Shown here piece after piece: positions 10,449 to 20,042 of a stretch of DNA of 64,000 nt. Position numbers and translations under genes: made by a program. Source of the stretch: Clostridia bacterium (GTDB lineage: Bacteria; Bacillota; Clostridia; Christensenellales; QALW01). Location: contig JAZQII010000090.1 of assembly GCA_045541035.1 (NCBI GenBank), positions 9,175 to 73,174 of the forward strand. Direction: 5' to 3'. The notes under the pieces were generated by a model. That model did not search any database, was not told the origin of the DNA, and saw only the letters and a program-made list of their open reading frames with translations. How positions within the stretch are numbered: position 1 is the first letter of the stretch; the number at the start of each line of letters is the position of its first letter.

Positions 10449-10729
10449 TATAGCCGAAGGGAATCGAACCCATAACGCCCAATAGGACTGCTTTTGCGCA
10501 TAAAACGACTCTTGTCGCTTGAAATACACCCGGTATTCCTTCGCTTCGCGAGCCGTTTTCTATCACAAAATCAGTTCCTTTGGGTTCGCAGAAGTTTAAA
10601 ATAGCAATTTTTGTTCATGTCAAGGCACTTGCGCAGGGACATACAGGACGTATTTCCCTGTGTAAGTAACGCAGAGATGGGCAAAAATGGCATTTTAAAC
10701 CGTTGCGGGTTCGGCTCCCTTCGGCTATA
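10449..10729. mobile_element. 281-bp MITE-like element with 23-bp terminal inverted repeats and two internal hairpin arms
   Basis: Left TATAGCCGAAGGGAATCGAACCC vs reverse complement of right end TATAGCCGAAGGGAGCCGAACCC (21/23); no ORF. Confidence 0.75.
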
Positions 10730-10755
10730 ATGTAAAAAAACAAAGGAGAAGTATT

Positions 10756-11421
10756 ATGGCACGAAATGAAGATAACACCGTATCCTCAGAAAATCAGGTT
10801 TCTGATCATATTTATTATGAGGATCGCGGCGGTAAGAAAATATTATTTTTAGGTAATTCTATCACTAAGCATGCTCCTTCGCCAACAATAGGCTGGTATG
10901 GTGATTGGGGAATGGCTGCTTCATGTAAAGATAAGGATTATGTACATCGCACCATGGCGAAGGTGTGGGAGAAATTTCCCCAAACATCCTTTATGGTTGC
11001 GCAGATAGCTCCATGGGAAAGAGAGTTCTGGAACGAAAATCTTTTAAATGAAACTTTTGCTGATGCAGTTAATTATAATGCTGATATTATAGTTATGCGC
11101 GCCATTGAAAATGTTCGTGAAATTGAGCACGAAGGTTATTCTCTTGAAAAAGCATATAACGTTCTTATTGATACCGTAGCAAAAAACAAAGCCAAAGTGG
11201 TTTTGACCAATTCGTTCTGGCAGGCACCCCAAAAAGATTCTGTCGTTTTAAAAGTTGCAAAAGATCGGAATTGTAAACTTGTAGATGTGTGCATCGGTTC
11301 AGATGACAGATATACTGCGAAAGGTTTGTTTGAACATTCAGGTGTTGCGGCTCACCCGGGAGATGAGGGCATGGAGGAAATTGCCTGCCGCATTTTTGAA
11401 GGCATAAAAGAATATTTATAA
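10756..11421 (+). CDS. SGNH/GDSL hydrolase family esterase
   Basis: LFLGNSIT block I, WGMAAS, C-terminal VAAHPGDEG. Confidence 0.85.
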   Translation: MARNEDNTVSSENQVSDHIYYEDRGGKKILFLGNSITKHAPSPTIGWYGDWGMAASCKDKDYVHRTMAKVWEKFPQTSFMVAQIAPWEREFWNENLLNETFADAVNYNADIIVMRAIENVREIEHEGYSLEKAYNVLIDTVAKNKAKVVLTNSFWQAPQKDSVVLKVAKDRNCKLVDVCIGSDDRYTAKGLFEHSGVAAHPGDEGMEEIACRIFEGIKEYL

Positions 11422-11447
11422 AAAAGCACCTTTTGGTGCTTTTTTTT
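11422..11447 (+). terminator. Rho-independent terminator
   Basis: AAAAGCACC-tttt-GGTGCTTTT + T-run. Confidence 0.8.
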
Positions 11448-11448
11448 G

Positions 11449-11500
11449 TTGACAAATATGTGTTCAATGAATATAATAATATTTGAACAATCGTTCAAAT
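11449..11500 (+). promoter_or_regulatory. Consensus sigmaA promoter with downstream ArsR/SmtB-type operator
   Basis: TTGACA(11449)-17-TATAAT(11472); inverted repeat ATTTGAAC-aatc-GTTCAAAT at 11481-11500 resembling SmtB/CadC operators. Confidence 0.8.
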
Positions 11501-11522
11501 GAGAAAATAAGGAGAAGGTGCC

Positions 11523-11867
11523 ATGAACGAGCAGGAATATATGCACGCCAATGATGATTTAGTTAAAAAGGTTCACGATAATATGCCTGAAGAAAACTTT
11601 TTGTTTGACCTTGCTGAACTTTATAAAGTTTTCGGCGATTCAACAAGAATCAAGATTCTTTACGTTTTATTTGAAGCGGAGATGTGCGTAAACGATATTG
11701 CGCAAGTTTTAAACATGAACGTATCGGCAATTTCGCATCAGTTGAGAGTTTTGAAGCAGGCGGGACTTGTGAAATTCAGAAGAAACGGTAAAACGGTTTT
11801 TTATGCACTTAGTGATGATCATGTGCGCACAATAATTGATCAGGGCGCTGAACACGTAGGGGAGTAA
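11523..11867 (+). CDS. ArsR/SmtB family metal-responsive repressor (CadC/CzrA-like)
   Basis: LAELYKVFGDSTRIKIL, EMCVNDIA, SAISHQLRVLK, YALSDDHV..GAEH. Confidence 0.9.
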   Translation: MNEQEYMHANDDLVKKVHDNMPEENFLFDLAELYKVFGDSTRIKILYVLFEAEMCVNDIAQVLNMNVSAISHQLRVLKQAGLVKFRRNGKTVFYALSDDHVRTIIDQGAEHVGE

Positions 11868-11868
11868 T

Positions 11869-12087
11869 ATGAAAAGAGTATATAAACTTGAAGATCTTGA
11901 ATGTGCAAACTGCGCGGCAAAAATGGAAAGAGCAATAAACGAACTTGAAGGAGTAAAAAGTGCAACGGTAAGTTATCTGCACCAAAAACTTGTTATTGAT
12001 GCTGATGATAAAAGAATTGATGAAATTATAAAAGAAGCGCAAAAAATAATGAAAAAGATCGAACCGGATTGCAGGATAGTGAAATGA
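11869..12087 (+). CDS. Stand-alone heavy-metal-associated (HMA) domain protein
   Basis: LECANCAAKME CxxC motif, 72 aa. Confidence 0.85.
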   Translation: MKRVYKLEDLECANCAAKMERAINELEGVKSATVSYLHQKLVIDADDKRIDEIIKEAQKIMKKIEPDCRIVK

Positions 12088-13880
12088 CCAAAAAACAGAA
12101 AAGGCAACTTGCAAGCATTATTATATCGGCAATTTTATTGATTATAGTATTTCTGATAACTAAAATTCCTATGCCGTGGTACGTTAAGGCAATATTATAT
12201 CTTTTTCCGTATATTACGGTAGGCTTTAACGTATTAAAAAAAGCCGTACAAAATATTTTTTCAGGGCAGATGCTTGATGAAAATTTTTTAATGACAATAG
12301 CAACGATAGGTGCTTTTTTATTAAAAGAATATCCTGAAGCAGTATTTGTTATGCTTTTTTATCAGGTAGGCGAGTTTTTTGAAAGTATCGCTGTTGGTAA
12401 AAGCAGAAAATCAATTTCTGCACTTATGGAGATATGCCCTGAAGAAGCATACGTAATAAGAAACGGTGAAATTCTTTGTGTTTCGCCTGAAGAAGTTGAA
12501 ATAAGCGAAATAATAGTTGTAAAACCCGGCGAAAAAATCCCTCTTGACGGTATAATTATTAAAGGTACGTCAAGTATTGATACCAAAGCATTAACGGGCG
12601 AATCTATCCCTAAAGACGTTGAAAAAGGCGATAGCGTTGTAAGCGGAACAGTAAATCTTAACGGAGTTCTTGAAATCGAAGTTAAAAAACAATTTCAGGA
12701 AAGTACAGTCTCTAAAATTCTTGAACTTGTTGAAAACACACAAAAATCTGAAAGCGAAAAGTTTATAACAAAGTTTTCTCGATATTATACGCCTATTGTG
12801 GTTTTGTTTGCCCTTTTATTGGCAGTAATTCCACCTATTTTTTTGGGTAATTGGTCAGAGTGGCTGCACAGAGGTCTTATTGCTTTGGTTGTATCTTGCC
12901 CTTGTGCTTTGGTGTTATCTGTGCCACTTTCATACTTTGCATCTATTGGCGGTGCATCAAAAAATGGCATACTTATTAAAGGTGCAGGATATCTTGAAAA
13001 ACTTTCTAAAGTTGAGAACGTAGTTTTTGATAAAACGGGCACGCTTACAAAAGGAAATTTTATAGTTACTTCCGTTGAAGGTGAGGACACACTTTGTTAT
13101 ATGGCTTCTGCCGAACAGTTTTCCGATCATCCCGTTGCAAAGTCCATAAGAAATGCCTATAACGGTGAACTTAAAAAGGCAACGGATATTATAGAACACG
13201 CAGGCTTTGGTGTTGAAGCCGTAATTGACAATAAAAAAGTGCTTTGCGGTAACTATAAAATGTTTAAAGATATAGAAGATAAAAAAGGAATATATCTGTC
13301 CCTTGACGGCGTTATTAAAGGAAAAATACTTCTTGAAGATGAAATAAAAGAAGATTCAAAGTTTACTGTTTCAGAACTTAAAAAAATGGGAATAAAAAAC
13401 ACCGTTATGCTAACGGGTGATAATCTTTCCGTTGGAGAAAAGGTTAAAAAAGAGTTAAATATTGATGAGGTAAAAGCAGAACTTCTGCCTATAGAAAAAG
13501 TTGAAGCACTAAAAGAAATAATGAAATCAGGAACGACTCTTTACGTTGGCGACGGCATAAACGATGCACCCGTACTTGCAAAGGCGGATATTGGCGTTGC
13601 CATGGGCGCTTTCGGAACGGATGCGGCAATAGAGGCTGCCGACGTCGTTTTAATGCAAGATAATCCTTCGAAAATCGTTACGTTAATAAAGATCGCTAAA
13701 AAAACACAAGGAATCGTTTATACAAATATTGTTTTTTCGCTTATCGTAAAAATAGCGGTGCTTATTTTAAGTGCATTTTCCCTTGTCGGAATGGGTGCGG
13801 CAATATTTGCAGACGTTGGTGTTTTGGTGCTTGCCGTTATAAATGCAATGAGAGGACTGAATGTTGACAAAGGGAAATAA
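12084..13880 (+). CDS. cadA: Heavy-metal translocating P1B-type ATPase (Cd/Zn/Co)
   Basis: LTGES, SCPC, DKTGTLT, HP, TGD and GDGINDAP motifs; start re-called at MTKKQ overlapping the HMA stop. Confidence 0.85.
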   Translation: MTKKQKRQLASIIISAILLIIVFLITKIPMPWYVKAILYLFPYITVGFNVLKKAVQNIFSGQMLDENFLMTIATIGAFLLKEYPEAVFVMLFYQVGEFFESIAVGKSRKSISALMEICPEEAYVIRNGEILCVSPEEVEISEIIVVKPGEKIPLDGIIIKGTSSIDTKALTGESIPKDVEKGDSVVSGTVNLNGVLEIEVKKQFQESTVSKILELVENTQKSESEKFITKFSRYYTPIVVLFALLLAVIPPIFLGNWSEWLHRGLIALVVSCPCALVLSVPLSYFASIGGASKNGILIKGAGYLEKLSKVENVVFDKTGTLTKGNFIVTSVEGEDTLCYMASAEQFSDHPVAKSIRNAYNGELKKATDIIEHAGFGVEAVIDNKKVLCGNYKMFKDIEDKKGIYLSLDGVIKGKILLEDEIKEDSKFTVSELKKMGIKNTVMLTGDNLSVGEKVKKELNIDEVKAELLPIEKVEALKEIMKSGTTLYVGDGINDAPVLAKADIGVAMGAFGTDAAIEAADVVLMQDNPSKIVTLIKIAKKTQGIVYTNIVFSLIVKIAVLILSAFSLVGMGAAIFADVGVLVLAVINAMRGLNVDKGK

Positions 13881-13892
13881 CAGGTATATAAT
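13864..13892 (+). promoter_or_regulatory. Consensus sigmaA promoter for the C39 peptidase gene, overlapping the cadA 3' end
   Basis: TTGACA(13864)-17-TATAAT(13887). Confidence 0.75.
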
Positions 13893-13910
13893 CTACTTGA
13901 GGTGATTCTT

Positions 13911-14699
13911 TTGAAAAACAGAGGTTTTCGTATTTTCTTTTGTTTTTTAATTACGCTTGTTATGGTTGTTGTTGGCTCTATGGCAGGAATGTTCATAAGA
14001 TGGGGCGTAACACAGTCTGCTTTTGCAAGTGTTTCATTTAAAACGCAAAGTACGGTAAAAAAATTTGCAAAAGAAAAGGGAATAGCAATTCATGAATATC
14101 CTCAAGAAATTCTTGAACTTCTTGAAAATAACCCTGAAACTGAAGAATTTGTTTTAAATTATCCCTTGGAAAAAGATAAAAAGCACGAAATAGATTTAAG
14201 CGATTATTCAACCGATTCGGTTCCGTTGTTTATGCAATGGGATAAACGTTGGGGTTATATAAAATATGGCAGCAACGTTGCAGGGATTACGGCGTGCGGG
14301 CCTGTGTGCTTATCCATGGTAGCCTATTATTTCACTTCTGATAATAATATGGCACCTGATAAAATTATAGATTTTGCTTTAAAAAACAATTATTATACCG
14401 AAGGCGTCGGCTCAAAGTGGACTCTTATATCAGAAGGCGGAAAACAATTAGGTTTTAGAGTAAAAGAACTGCCGTTAGATGAAAACGTAATGAAAAACGC
14501 TTTAGAATCAGGCAAGATCATTATTGCGGTAATGGGCGCAGGTTCCTTTACCACAACGGGGCATTTTATCGTATTTACCGAATATTCTGACGGCGCATTT
14601 AAAGTCAACGATCCTAACAGTTATTTAAACTCAAATAAAAAATGGTATTATGAAGATATAAAAGATGAGTTTAAAAATTTGTGGTCAATAGGGAAATGA
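13911..14699 (+). CDS. Membrane-anchored C39-like (papain-fold) peptidase
   Basis: N-terminal TM, QWDKRWGY..YG...ACGP, FTTTGHFIV, VNDPNS; probable TTG start after GAGGTG. Confidence 0.8.
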   Translation: MKNRGFRIFFCFLITLVMVVVGSMAGMFIRWGVTQSAFASVSFKTQSTVKKFAKEKGIAIHEYPQEILELLENNPETEEFVLNYPLEKDKKHEIDLSDYSTDSVPLFMQWDKRWGYIKYGSNVAGITACGPVCLSMVAYYFTSDNNMAPDKIIDFALKNNYYTEGVGSKWTLISEGGKQLGFRVKELPLDENVMKNALESGKIIIAVMGAGSFTTTGHFIVFTEYSDGAFKVNDPNSYLNSNKKWYYEDIKDEFKNLWSIGK

Positions 14700-14729
14700 A
14701 TTATATTTCTGAAAACATGAAAAAATGAG

Positions 14730-15248
14730 TTATCCTTTCGATAACTCATTTTTTTTATATCTTATTAAACCTATTGTAGTTGAACAAAGTGTAATTACTT
14801 CGTTTAATATGGTCATTGGAATCAGCCATTTTATACCGTATGTAATTTGGCAGAAGCATATGGGATAGGCAAGAACTTTTGTTAAAAGCGGTTTGCTGAG
14901 CCAGAAACAAATAACTGAAATAATCGAAGCCGCCATGGGGAAAAGACTCCAAAAACCGTTCCACGTAACTATGGGTGAAATAAGGGAAAGAACAATAAAA
15001 AGTACAAGCCATAATTTGCTCTGCGCCCATTTATGTTTACTGTTCAAGAAAACCGTTTCGCGCAATATTCCAATCAGCGCGATTGCCATACCGCTATATG
15101 CACCTTTGAAGAAAAATTGAAGTGTCCACATAAAGTCGGAGGCAAGTTTAAAATAAAGTATTTTCTCTCTTGTTTTCTGTTGGAATATAAGCGCATTAAG
15201 TATTATTCCAAAAAATCCGAAAACAAGAGAAAGTATTTCGTTTTCCAT
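14730..15248 (-). CDS. YgjV-family inner membrane protein
   Basis: Small multi-TM protein with FQQKTR..IL and GAYSG motifs. Confidence 0.65.
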   Translation of the reverse strand: MENEILSLVFGFFGIILNALIFQQKTREKILYFKLASDFMWTLQFFFKGAYSGMAIALIGILRETVFLNSKHKWAQSKLWLVLFIVLSLISPIVTWNGFWSLFPMAASIISVICFWLSKPLLTKVLAYPICFCQITYGIKWLIPMTILNEVITLCSTTIGLIRYKKNELSKG

Positions 15249-15249
15249 G

Positions 15250-16341
15250 TTATTTATCCTTGAAAATATCCTTTATGGCTTCTAATTTTCCGTAACCGTA
15301 GTCGGAATCAGGCTCTAAATATCCACCCTCGGTCCATTCGTTCCAAGCGTAAAGTGTAACGATCTTATTCTTTGGATTAGTATCGTCAAGATGTCTTTTT
15401 GCCGCCAATAAAGCATTGCGGAATTCTTCAGGTGTAGCGTTATCGATAATGGTTGAGAAATAAGGTTTGTGTAATATTTCGAACTCACCTGAAAGAGTGT
15501 GATACATTAAAGGGCCACCCTCATAGAAAACCATGTCTTTGGGGCATCTTGGAGAAGTATCCCAACCTGCTGAAACGTGGGTGTAATAGGGAACGGAATA
15601 TTTCTTCTCTATTTCAAGCATTTTATCATAAGCACTTTCCGCCCATTCCTTATAATCACCCTTTGGCCATGCGGGAACTGTGTTATGCGCCCAAACGTAA
15701 CTTGTAATTGCATCAAAACCAAGTGTTTCGATTACCTGCTCAGGAGTAAGAGTATTATCAAATAAATTCTGCAAACCCCATTCAACGGCTACAAAGTGGA
15801 TTTTAAGACCTTTTTTAGCGGCTTTTTCGCGGAAAATATCAAACATTTCCTTTGCTTTATCAAGGCCGCCCCAATTTTTTATATGCTTGCCGATCTCATA
15901 AATTGAATAATAGCAACCGCCGTCTACTTTCCAATAATTGTCTTGGGAAAAGTATCTGTCAATTATATAATCGTACATTTCCAACGTTTCATCATAATCG
16001 GTAACTCTGCCACAGTGCATAAGAGCAAACTTCATTTTATTTCTGCTGGGTGCTTCAATAAAAGTCTCAATAACAGTGTTGTTTCCCTTATATCCCCAGT
16101 CAAAAATAAAAGTATCAATACCGTAAGAAGATGCGGTATTTATCTGAAGTTCAACAGTTTCCATCTTAGAGTCATCAAGATAACCCCAAATGGGCTTTTT
16201 AGGCTGTTTATGACCGGGAAAACGGGGAACAGCATCCTTTGCATATTCCCATTCCGTCCAACCTTTGCCGCGTTTAATATCGTTAAATTCTGCAGGGTGC
16301 CAATTTGACCAATGATAACATGCTACTTCGTAGTTTTTCAT
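15250..16341 (-). CDS. Glycoside hydrolase family 99-like (WbsX-like) protein
   Basis: GWTEW..AVPRFPGH.QPK.P.WGY, YGIDTFIFDW, GWDTSPR, AWNEWTEGGYLEPD; start re-called at MKNYEV. Confidence 0.85.
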   Translation of the reverse strand: MKNYEVACYHWSNWHPAEFNDIKRGKGWTEWEYAKDAVPRFPGHKQPKKPIWGYLDDSKMETVELQINTASSYGIDTFIFDWGYKGNNTVIETFIEAPSRNKMKFALMHCGRVTDYDETLEMYDYIIDRYFSQDNYWKVDGGCYYSIYEIGKHIKNWGGLDKAKEMFDIFREKAAKKGLKIHFVAVEWGLQNLFDNTLTPEQVIETLGFDAITSYVWAHNTVPAWPKGDYKEWAESAYDKMLEIEKKYSVPYYTHVSAGWDTSPRCPKDMVFYEGGPLMYHTLSGEFEILHKPYFSTIIDNATPEEFRNALLAAKRHLDDTNPKNKIVTLYAWNEWTEGGYLEPDSDYGYGKLEAIKDIFKDK

Positions 16342-16411
16342 AATAAAACCTCCCACATTTTTTATATATTATATACGTTAAAAAAACGAAAGTCAATATG
16401 CTAAATGTTGC

Positions 16412-18187
16412 TTAAATAGTAAATTCATCATCGAAAACAAGGGCGAAATAAAGTGCCCAATCCTGATCGTTTGCCCAAGGATCGGTAAAATCACCTTTTA
16501 TTCCGTTAGACTCAAAGGGAGTAAATATTGCGCAGGTTGCTGAACCGTCATCAAAGAAGTTTGAAAGGCAAGTTCTTAAGCAAGCACGCGCTTTTTTTAT
16601 AAAACTTTCGTCTTTTGTAATTCTTCCCATAAAAGCGTAAAGCATAGCACCTGCCGTTGACCAATAATGGGGATAGGTATCACCGAATAACTTGCGTTTG
16701 CCAAACCAAAAATCGTCCCAATGATGAATTGATGCACCGTGCATTCTTGCATCAGGCTGAAAACCCACAAACATATCGTGCATGCGAACGTGTTCTTTAC
16801 CTGAATCAAGATATTTTTTATCTCCCGTAAGTTCATACATCTGTAAAAGCACAACACCTGCAGGGATAACTATATTGTCTTCAAAATTGACTTCAAGGTT
16901 AGGGTAGTTTGTACCCTTTGACATAATATACTCTGCATTTTTAATAAAGTAATTTAACAAAACATCTTTTTCTTTATCCATGCCTGCTTCTTCAAGAACT
17001 TTTATTGAATCGGTAAGTTCCATTGCAAGAGGATAAAAAGTAATACCGCCGTTTTCAAAAAGATCGGTAAAGGCTTTAAACATACAATTAAGCCAACGCT
17101 TGTTTTTTTCAAGGCGGTAAAGCTCACGGAAGAATGAAGCATACCAAGCGTTATTATATATTCTGCGCCTTGTGTTATCGCGGGGAAGTGAATTGTAAAC
17201 GATTCCTTTTTCTTCATCAAAATACTGTTTTATGACAAAACGTGTGTATTTTCTTAAACTTTCATGAAGTTCAGGATCATAATTTCTTTGAAGATGTTTT
17301 GCCATAAGCAATCCCATGGCAATACGCTCTCTGCCTGCATTATGATTGGGGTTTGGCCATTCTTCAAAATATCTGCATTTTTCTTCGTTATCGTAAATGA
17401 GATATGCGCCTTCAAGTTGCCCAAATTCAGTTTCTTGCTGTTTCTCATAAATGAAACGGCAACGCTTTTGCGAAAGAGAATCAATGTCAGGTTTTATCTG
17501 ATACCTGAAAAAAGCATCGTTAACGTTATAAGTATGATAACCGAGTTTATTATCTAAAAGAATTTCTTTACCGTTTATCAGAACTTTGGGATTTTCACTT
17601 TCAAAGAAAGTAAAACAATCACTTTCAACGTCAAGAAAATTTTGATACTTCTTTAAAATATCAAAGAAATCGGTGTTGTTATGAACAAAAATATCCCATG
17701 AAACAGTGTAACTTTCGCCCGGCTTTACTGTTTGTTTATCTGATAAAAGAAGAATATCACCGCGGTCGTTACTGCTGTTTTCACGCTCAACGCTATATGT
17801 TATAAGACTTCCTTTTGTAAGCATAAGTCCTAAGTGCGGAGGTTCTGATTTCATCGCCATAGCGTTTATCCATGAAGAAGTTCCGCCAAGCCAAATATGA
17901 GCATGGCACTTTTGGTCTTTACAAATAAGAGAGCCTTCGTAGCTATCGTTAAAAGTTGCCCAGATGCCCAATTCGCCAACTTCAAAGGTTATTATTTCAT
18001 CAGTTATATTGGTGAAAATATATTCTTCTTTTAAAACGTTATCAACGATTTTTCTGTTTGTTGTAAGAATAAAATTTTTGGGATGAACACATTCACCCCA
18101 AAAATGTTTTGAGCCTTCAACCCAATTAACGTTACTGTTTTTTATATAAAGAGATTGAAGATAACCGTTATTTTCACAAATTTCCAT
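16412..18187 (-). CDS. Putative six-hairpin (alpha/alpha)6 glycosidase-like protein
   Basis: CHAHIW.GG, SNDRGD, HNAGRER, HHWDDFWFGK..FGDTYPHYWS, DPWANDQDWAL motifs. Confidence 0.65.
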   Translation of the reverse strand: MEICENNGYLQSLYIKNSNVNWVEGSKHFWGECVHPKNFILTTNRKIVDNVLKEEYIFTNITDEIITFEVGELGIWATFNDSYEGSLICKDQKCHAHIWLGGTSSWINAMAMKSEPPHLGLMLTKGSLITYSVERENSSNDRGDILLLSDKQTVKPGESYTVSWDIFVHNNTDFFDILKKYQNFLDVESDCFTFFESENPKVLINGKEILLDNKLGYHTYNVNDAFFRYQIKPDIDSLSQKRCRFIYEKQQETEFGQLEGAYLIYDNEEKCRYFEEWPNPNHNAGRERIAMGLLMAKHLQRNYDPELHESLRKYTRFVIKQYFDEEKGIVYNSLPRDNTRRRIYNNAWYASFFRELYRLEKNKRWLNCMFKAFTDLFENGGITFYPLAMELTDSIKVLEEAGMDKEKDVLLNYFIKNAEYIMSKGTNYPNLEVNFEDNIVIPAGVVLLQMYELTGDKKYLDSGKEHVRMHDMFVGFQPDARMHGASIHHWDDFWFGKRKLFGDTYPHYWSTAGAMLYAFMGRITKDESFIKKARACLRTCLSNFFDDGSATCAIFTPFESNGIKGDFTDPWANDQDWALYFALVFDDEFTI

Positions 18188-18189
18188 AA

Positions 18190-19929
18190 TTAACTCCTAT
18201 AGTTTTCATATAGAGAAGCGTAAATTCCGTTCTTTTCAATTAGCTCCTGATGTGTGCCTTCCTCTTTTATGCCGTCATCAGTAAGAACAAGAATTCTATC
18301 GGCATTTTTTATAGTTGTAAGGCGGTGAGCAATAGTAAGAGTGGTTCTGCCTTCCTGAAGTTTTTCCAAAGACTTTTGAACAAGATGCTCGCTTTCGTTA
18401 TCAAGGGCGCTCGTTGCTTCATCAAGAATAAGAATGGGCGGGTTTTTAAGAAAAACTCGTGCAATGGATATTCTCTGTTTCTGTCCGCCTGAAAGTTTAA
18501 CACCGCGCTCACCAACGTAAGTGTCATAGCCGTCAGGTAAAGTCAAAATGAAATCGTGTGCGCCTGCAAGTTTTGCAGATTCAATTATCTGTTCATCTGT
18601 TGCACCGGGCATACCGTAAGCGATATTCTCTCTTACGGAACCTGAAAACAAATATACGTCTTGCTGAACGATACCGATATTTTTTCTTAATGAGTCAAGC
18701 GTTACGGAAGAAATATCAGTTCCGTCAATGCTTATTGAACCTTCAGTAAGTTCATAGAAACGGGGAATAAGATTGCAGATAGTGGTTTTTCCTGAACCTG
18801 AAGGACCAACGAGAGCAATGTTTTCGCCTTTCTTTATTTTTAAATTGATGTTTGAAAGTACGTTATCGAGTTCTTCACCGTACTTAAAGGAAGCATTTTT
18901 AAATTCGATTTCGCCTTTAACTAAAGTAAGTTCTTTTGCATTTGGCGCATCTTTTATATCAGGTTCGGTGCTGATGACTTCATAAAATCTTTCAATACCC
19001 GTCATTCCGCGCTGGAACTGTTCAGCAAATTCAACTATTCGGCGTATAGAAACAAGAAGCGTTGAAACGTAAAGAACGTATGCAATAAAGTCAGAAACTT
19101 CGATTTGACCGTTTATAAGGAAAATTGCGCCTGAAACAATGATGATTATATACATGAAGCCTTCAAAGAACCGCGTTGACGATTGAAAGCCTGCCATATA
19201 GTTATAAACTTTTTTCTTAACGCGCAAAAAGGTTTGGTTGCCTTTTTCAAATTTTTCCATTTCAATATCTTCGTTTGCAAAAGATTTTACAACACGGATA
19301 CCTAAAAGACTGTCTTCCACCTGAGCGTTTAATTCGCCTACGGTTTTTCTTGATTCTTTAAATCCTGCTTTCATTTTGCGGTTAAAATGGGTAAGCACCA
19401 TGATCATAACGGGAATTACTGCAAAGAGTATAAGAGTAAGGGGAATATTAAAAGTGCAAAGAATAATAAAGGATGCAATTATTTTTATGCCTGCAATAAA
19501 AAACTCTTCAGGGCAGTGATGGGCAAATTCGGTAATATCGAAAAGATCGCTTGTAAGGCGGGACATAAGCTGACCTACCTTTGTGTTATCGTAATAACCG
19601 AAAGAAAGTTTTTCAAGGTGCTTGAAAAATGCAGAACGCATATCGGTTTCAATTTTTGAACCCATAATATGACCTACTGCCGCCATATAATAGTTTGCCG
19701 CAGTATCAATAAGTCTTAACACAAGATAAATTGCGCCCGCCGTCAAAATAAAAGATAAAGTAAGGCTTTCAATATTTTCAGTTGCCCTGCCGGTTATCTC
19801 ACGAACAATCAACGGCAGAATAAGTTCGCAACCCGTTGTAAGGCAGGCGCAAATGAGATCAAGAATCATTGTGCCGATATAAGGTTTATAGTAGGGTAAA
19901 AAGCATTTTAAAAGAGTTTTCGTTTTCAT
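18190..19929 (-). CDS. ABC transporter, fused permease + ATP-binding (exporter type)
   Basis: TM domain, GPSGSGKT Walker A, LSGGQKQR signature, ILDEATSALD; start re-called at MKTKTL. Confidence 0.9.
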   Translation of the reverse strand: MKTKTLLKCFLPYYKPYIGTMILDLICACLTTGCELILPLIVREITGRATENIESLTLSFILTAGAIYLVLRLIDTAANYYMAAVGHIMGSKIETDMRSAFFKHLEKLSFGYYDNTKVGQLMSRLTSDLFDITEFAHHCPEEFFIAGIKIIASFIILCTFNIPLTLILFAVIPVMIMVLTHFNRKMKAGFKESRKTVGELNAQVEDSLLGIRVVKSFANEDIEMEKFEKGNQTFLRVKKKVYNYMAGFQSSTRFFEGFMYIIIIVSGAIFLINGQIEVSDFIAYVLYVSTLLVSIRRIVEFAEQFQRGMTGIERFYEVISTEPDIKDAPNAKELTLVKGEIEFKNASFKYGEELDNVLSNINLKIKKGENIALVGPSGSGKTTICNLIPRFYELTEGSISIDGTDISSVTLDSLRKNIGIVQQDVYLFSGSVRENIAYGMPGATDEQIIESAKLAGAHDFILTLPDGYDTYVGERGVKLSGGQKQRISIARVFLKNPPILILDEATSALDNESEHLVQKSLEKLQEGRTTLTIAHRLTTIKNADRILVLTDDGIKEEGTHQELIEKNGIYASLYENYRS

Positions 19930-19991
19930 AATATACCTCGAAAATAAAGTTACCTTAATTATACGCTTAAAGAGCATTTTTTGCAAGAGAA

Positions 19992-20017
19992 AAAGAAGCA
20001 GTATTTACTGCTTCTTT
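19992..20017 (-). terminator. Terminator of thiT
   Basis: AAAGAAGCAGT-attt-ACTGCTTCTTT hairpin just downstream of the thiT stop. Confidence 0.75.
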
Positions 20018-20042
20018 CAGAGCATTGATAAACTCTTTAACT

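Noticed and set aside
10449-10475. tRNA-like T-arm (GGGTTCGATTCCC on the minus strand; GGGTTCGGCTCCC near 10707)
   Set aside because: No D-arm or anticodon arm and no cloverleaf; these are the terminal inverted repeats of the 281-bp element
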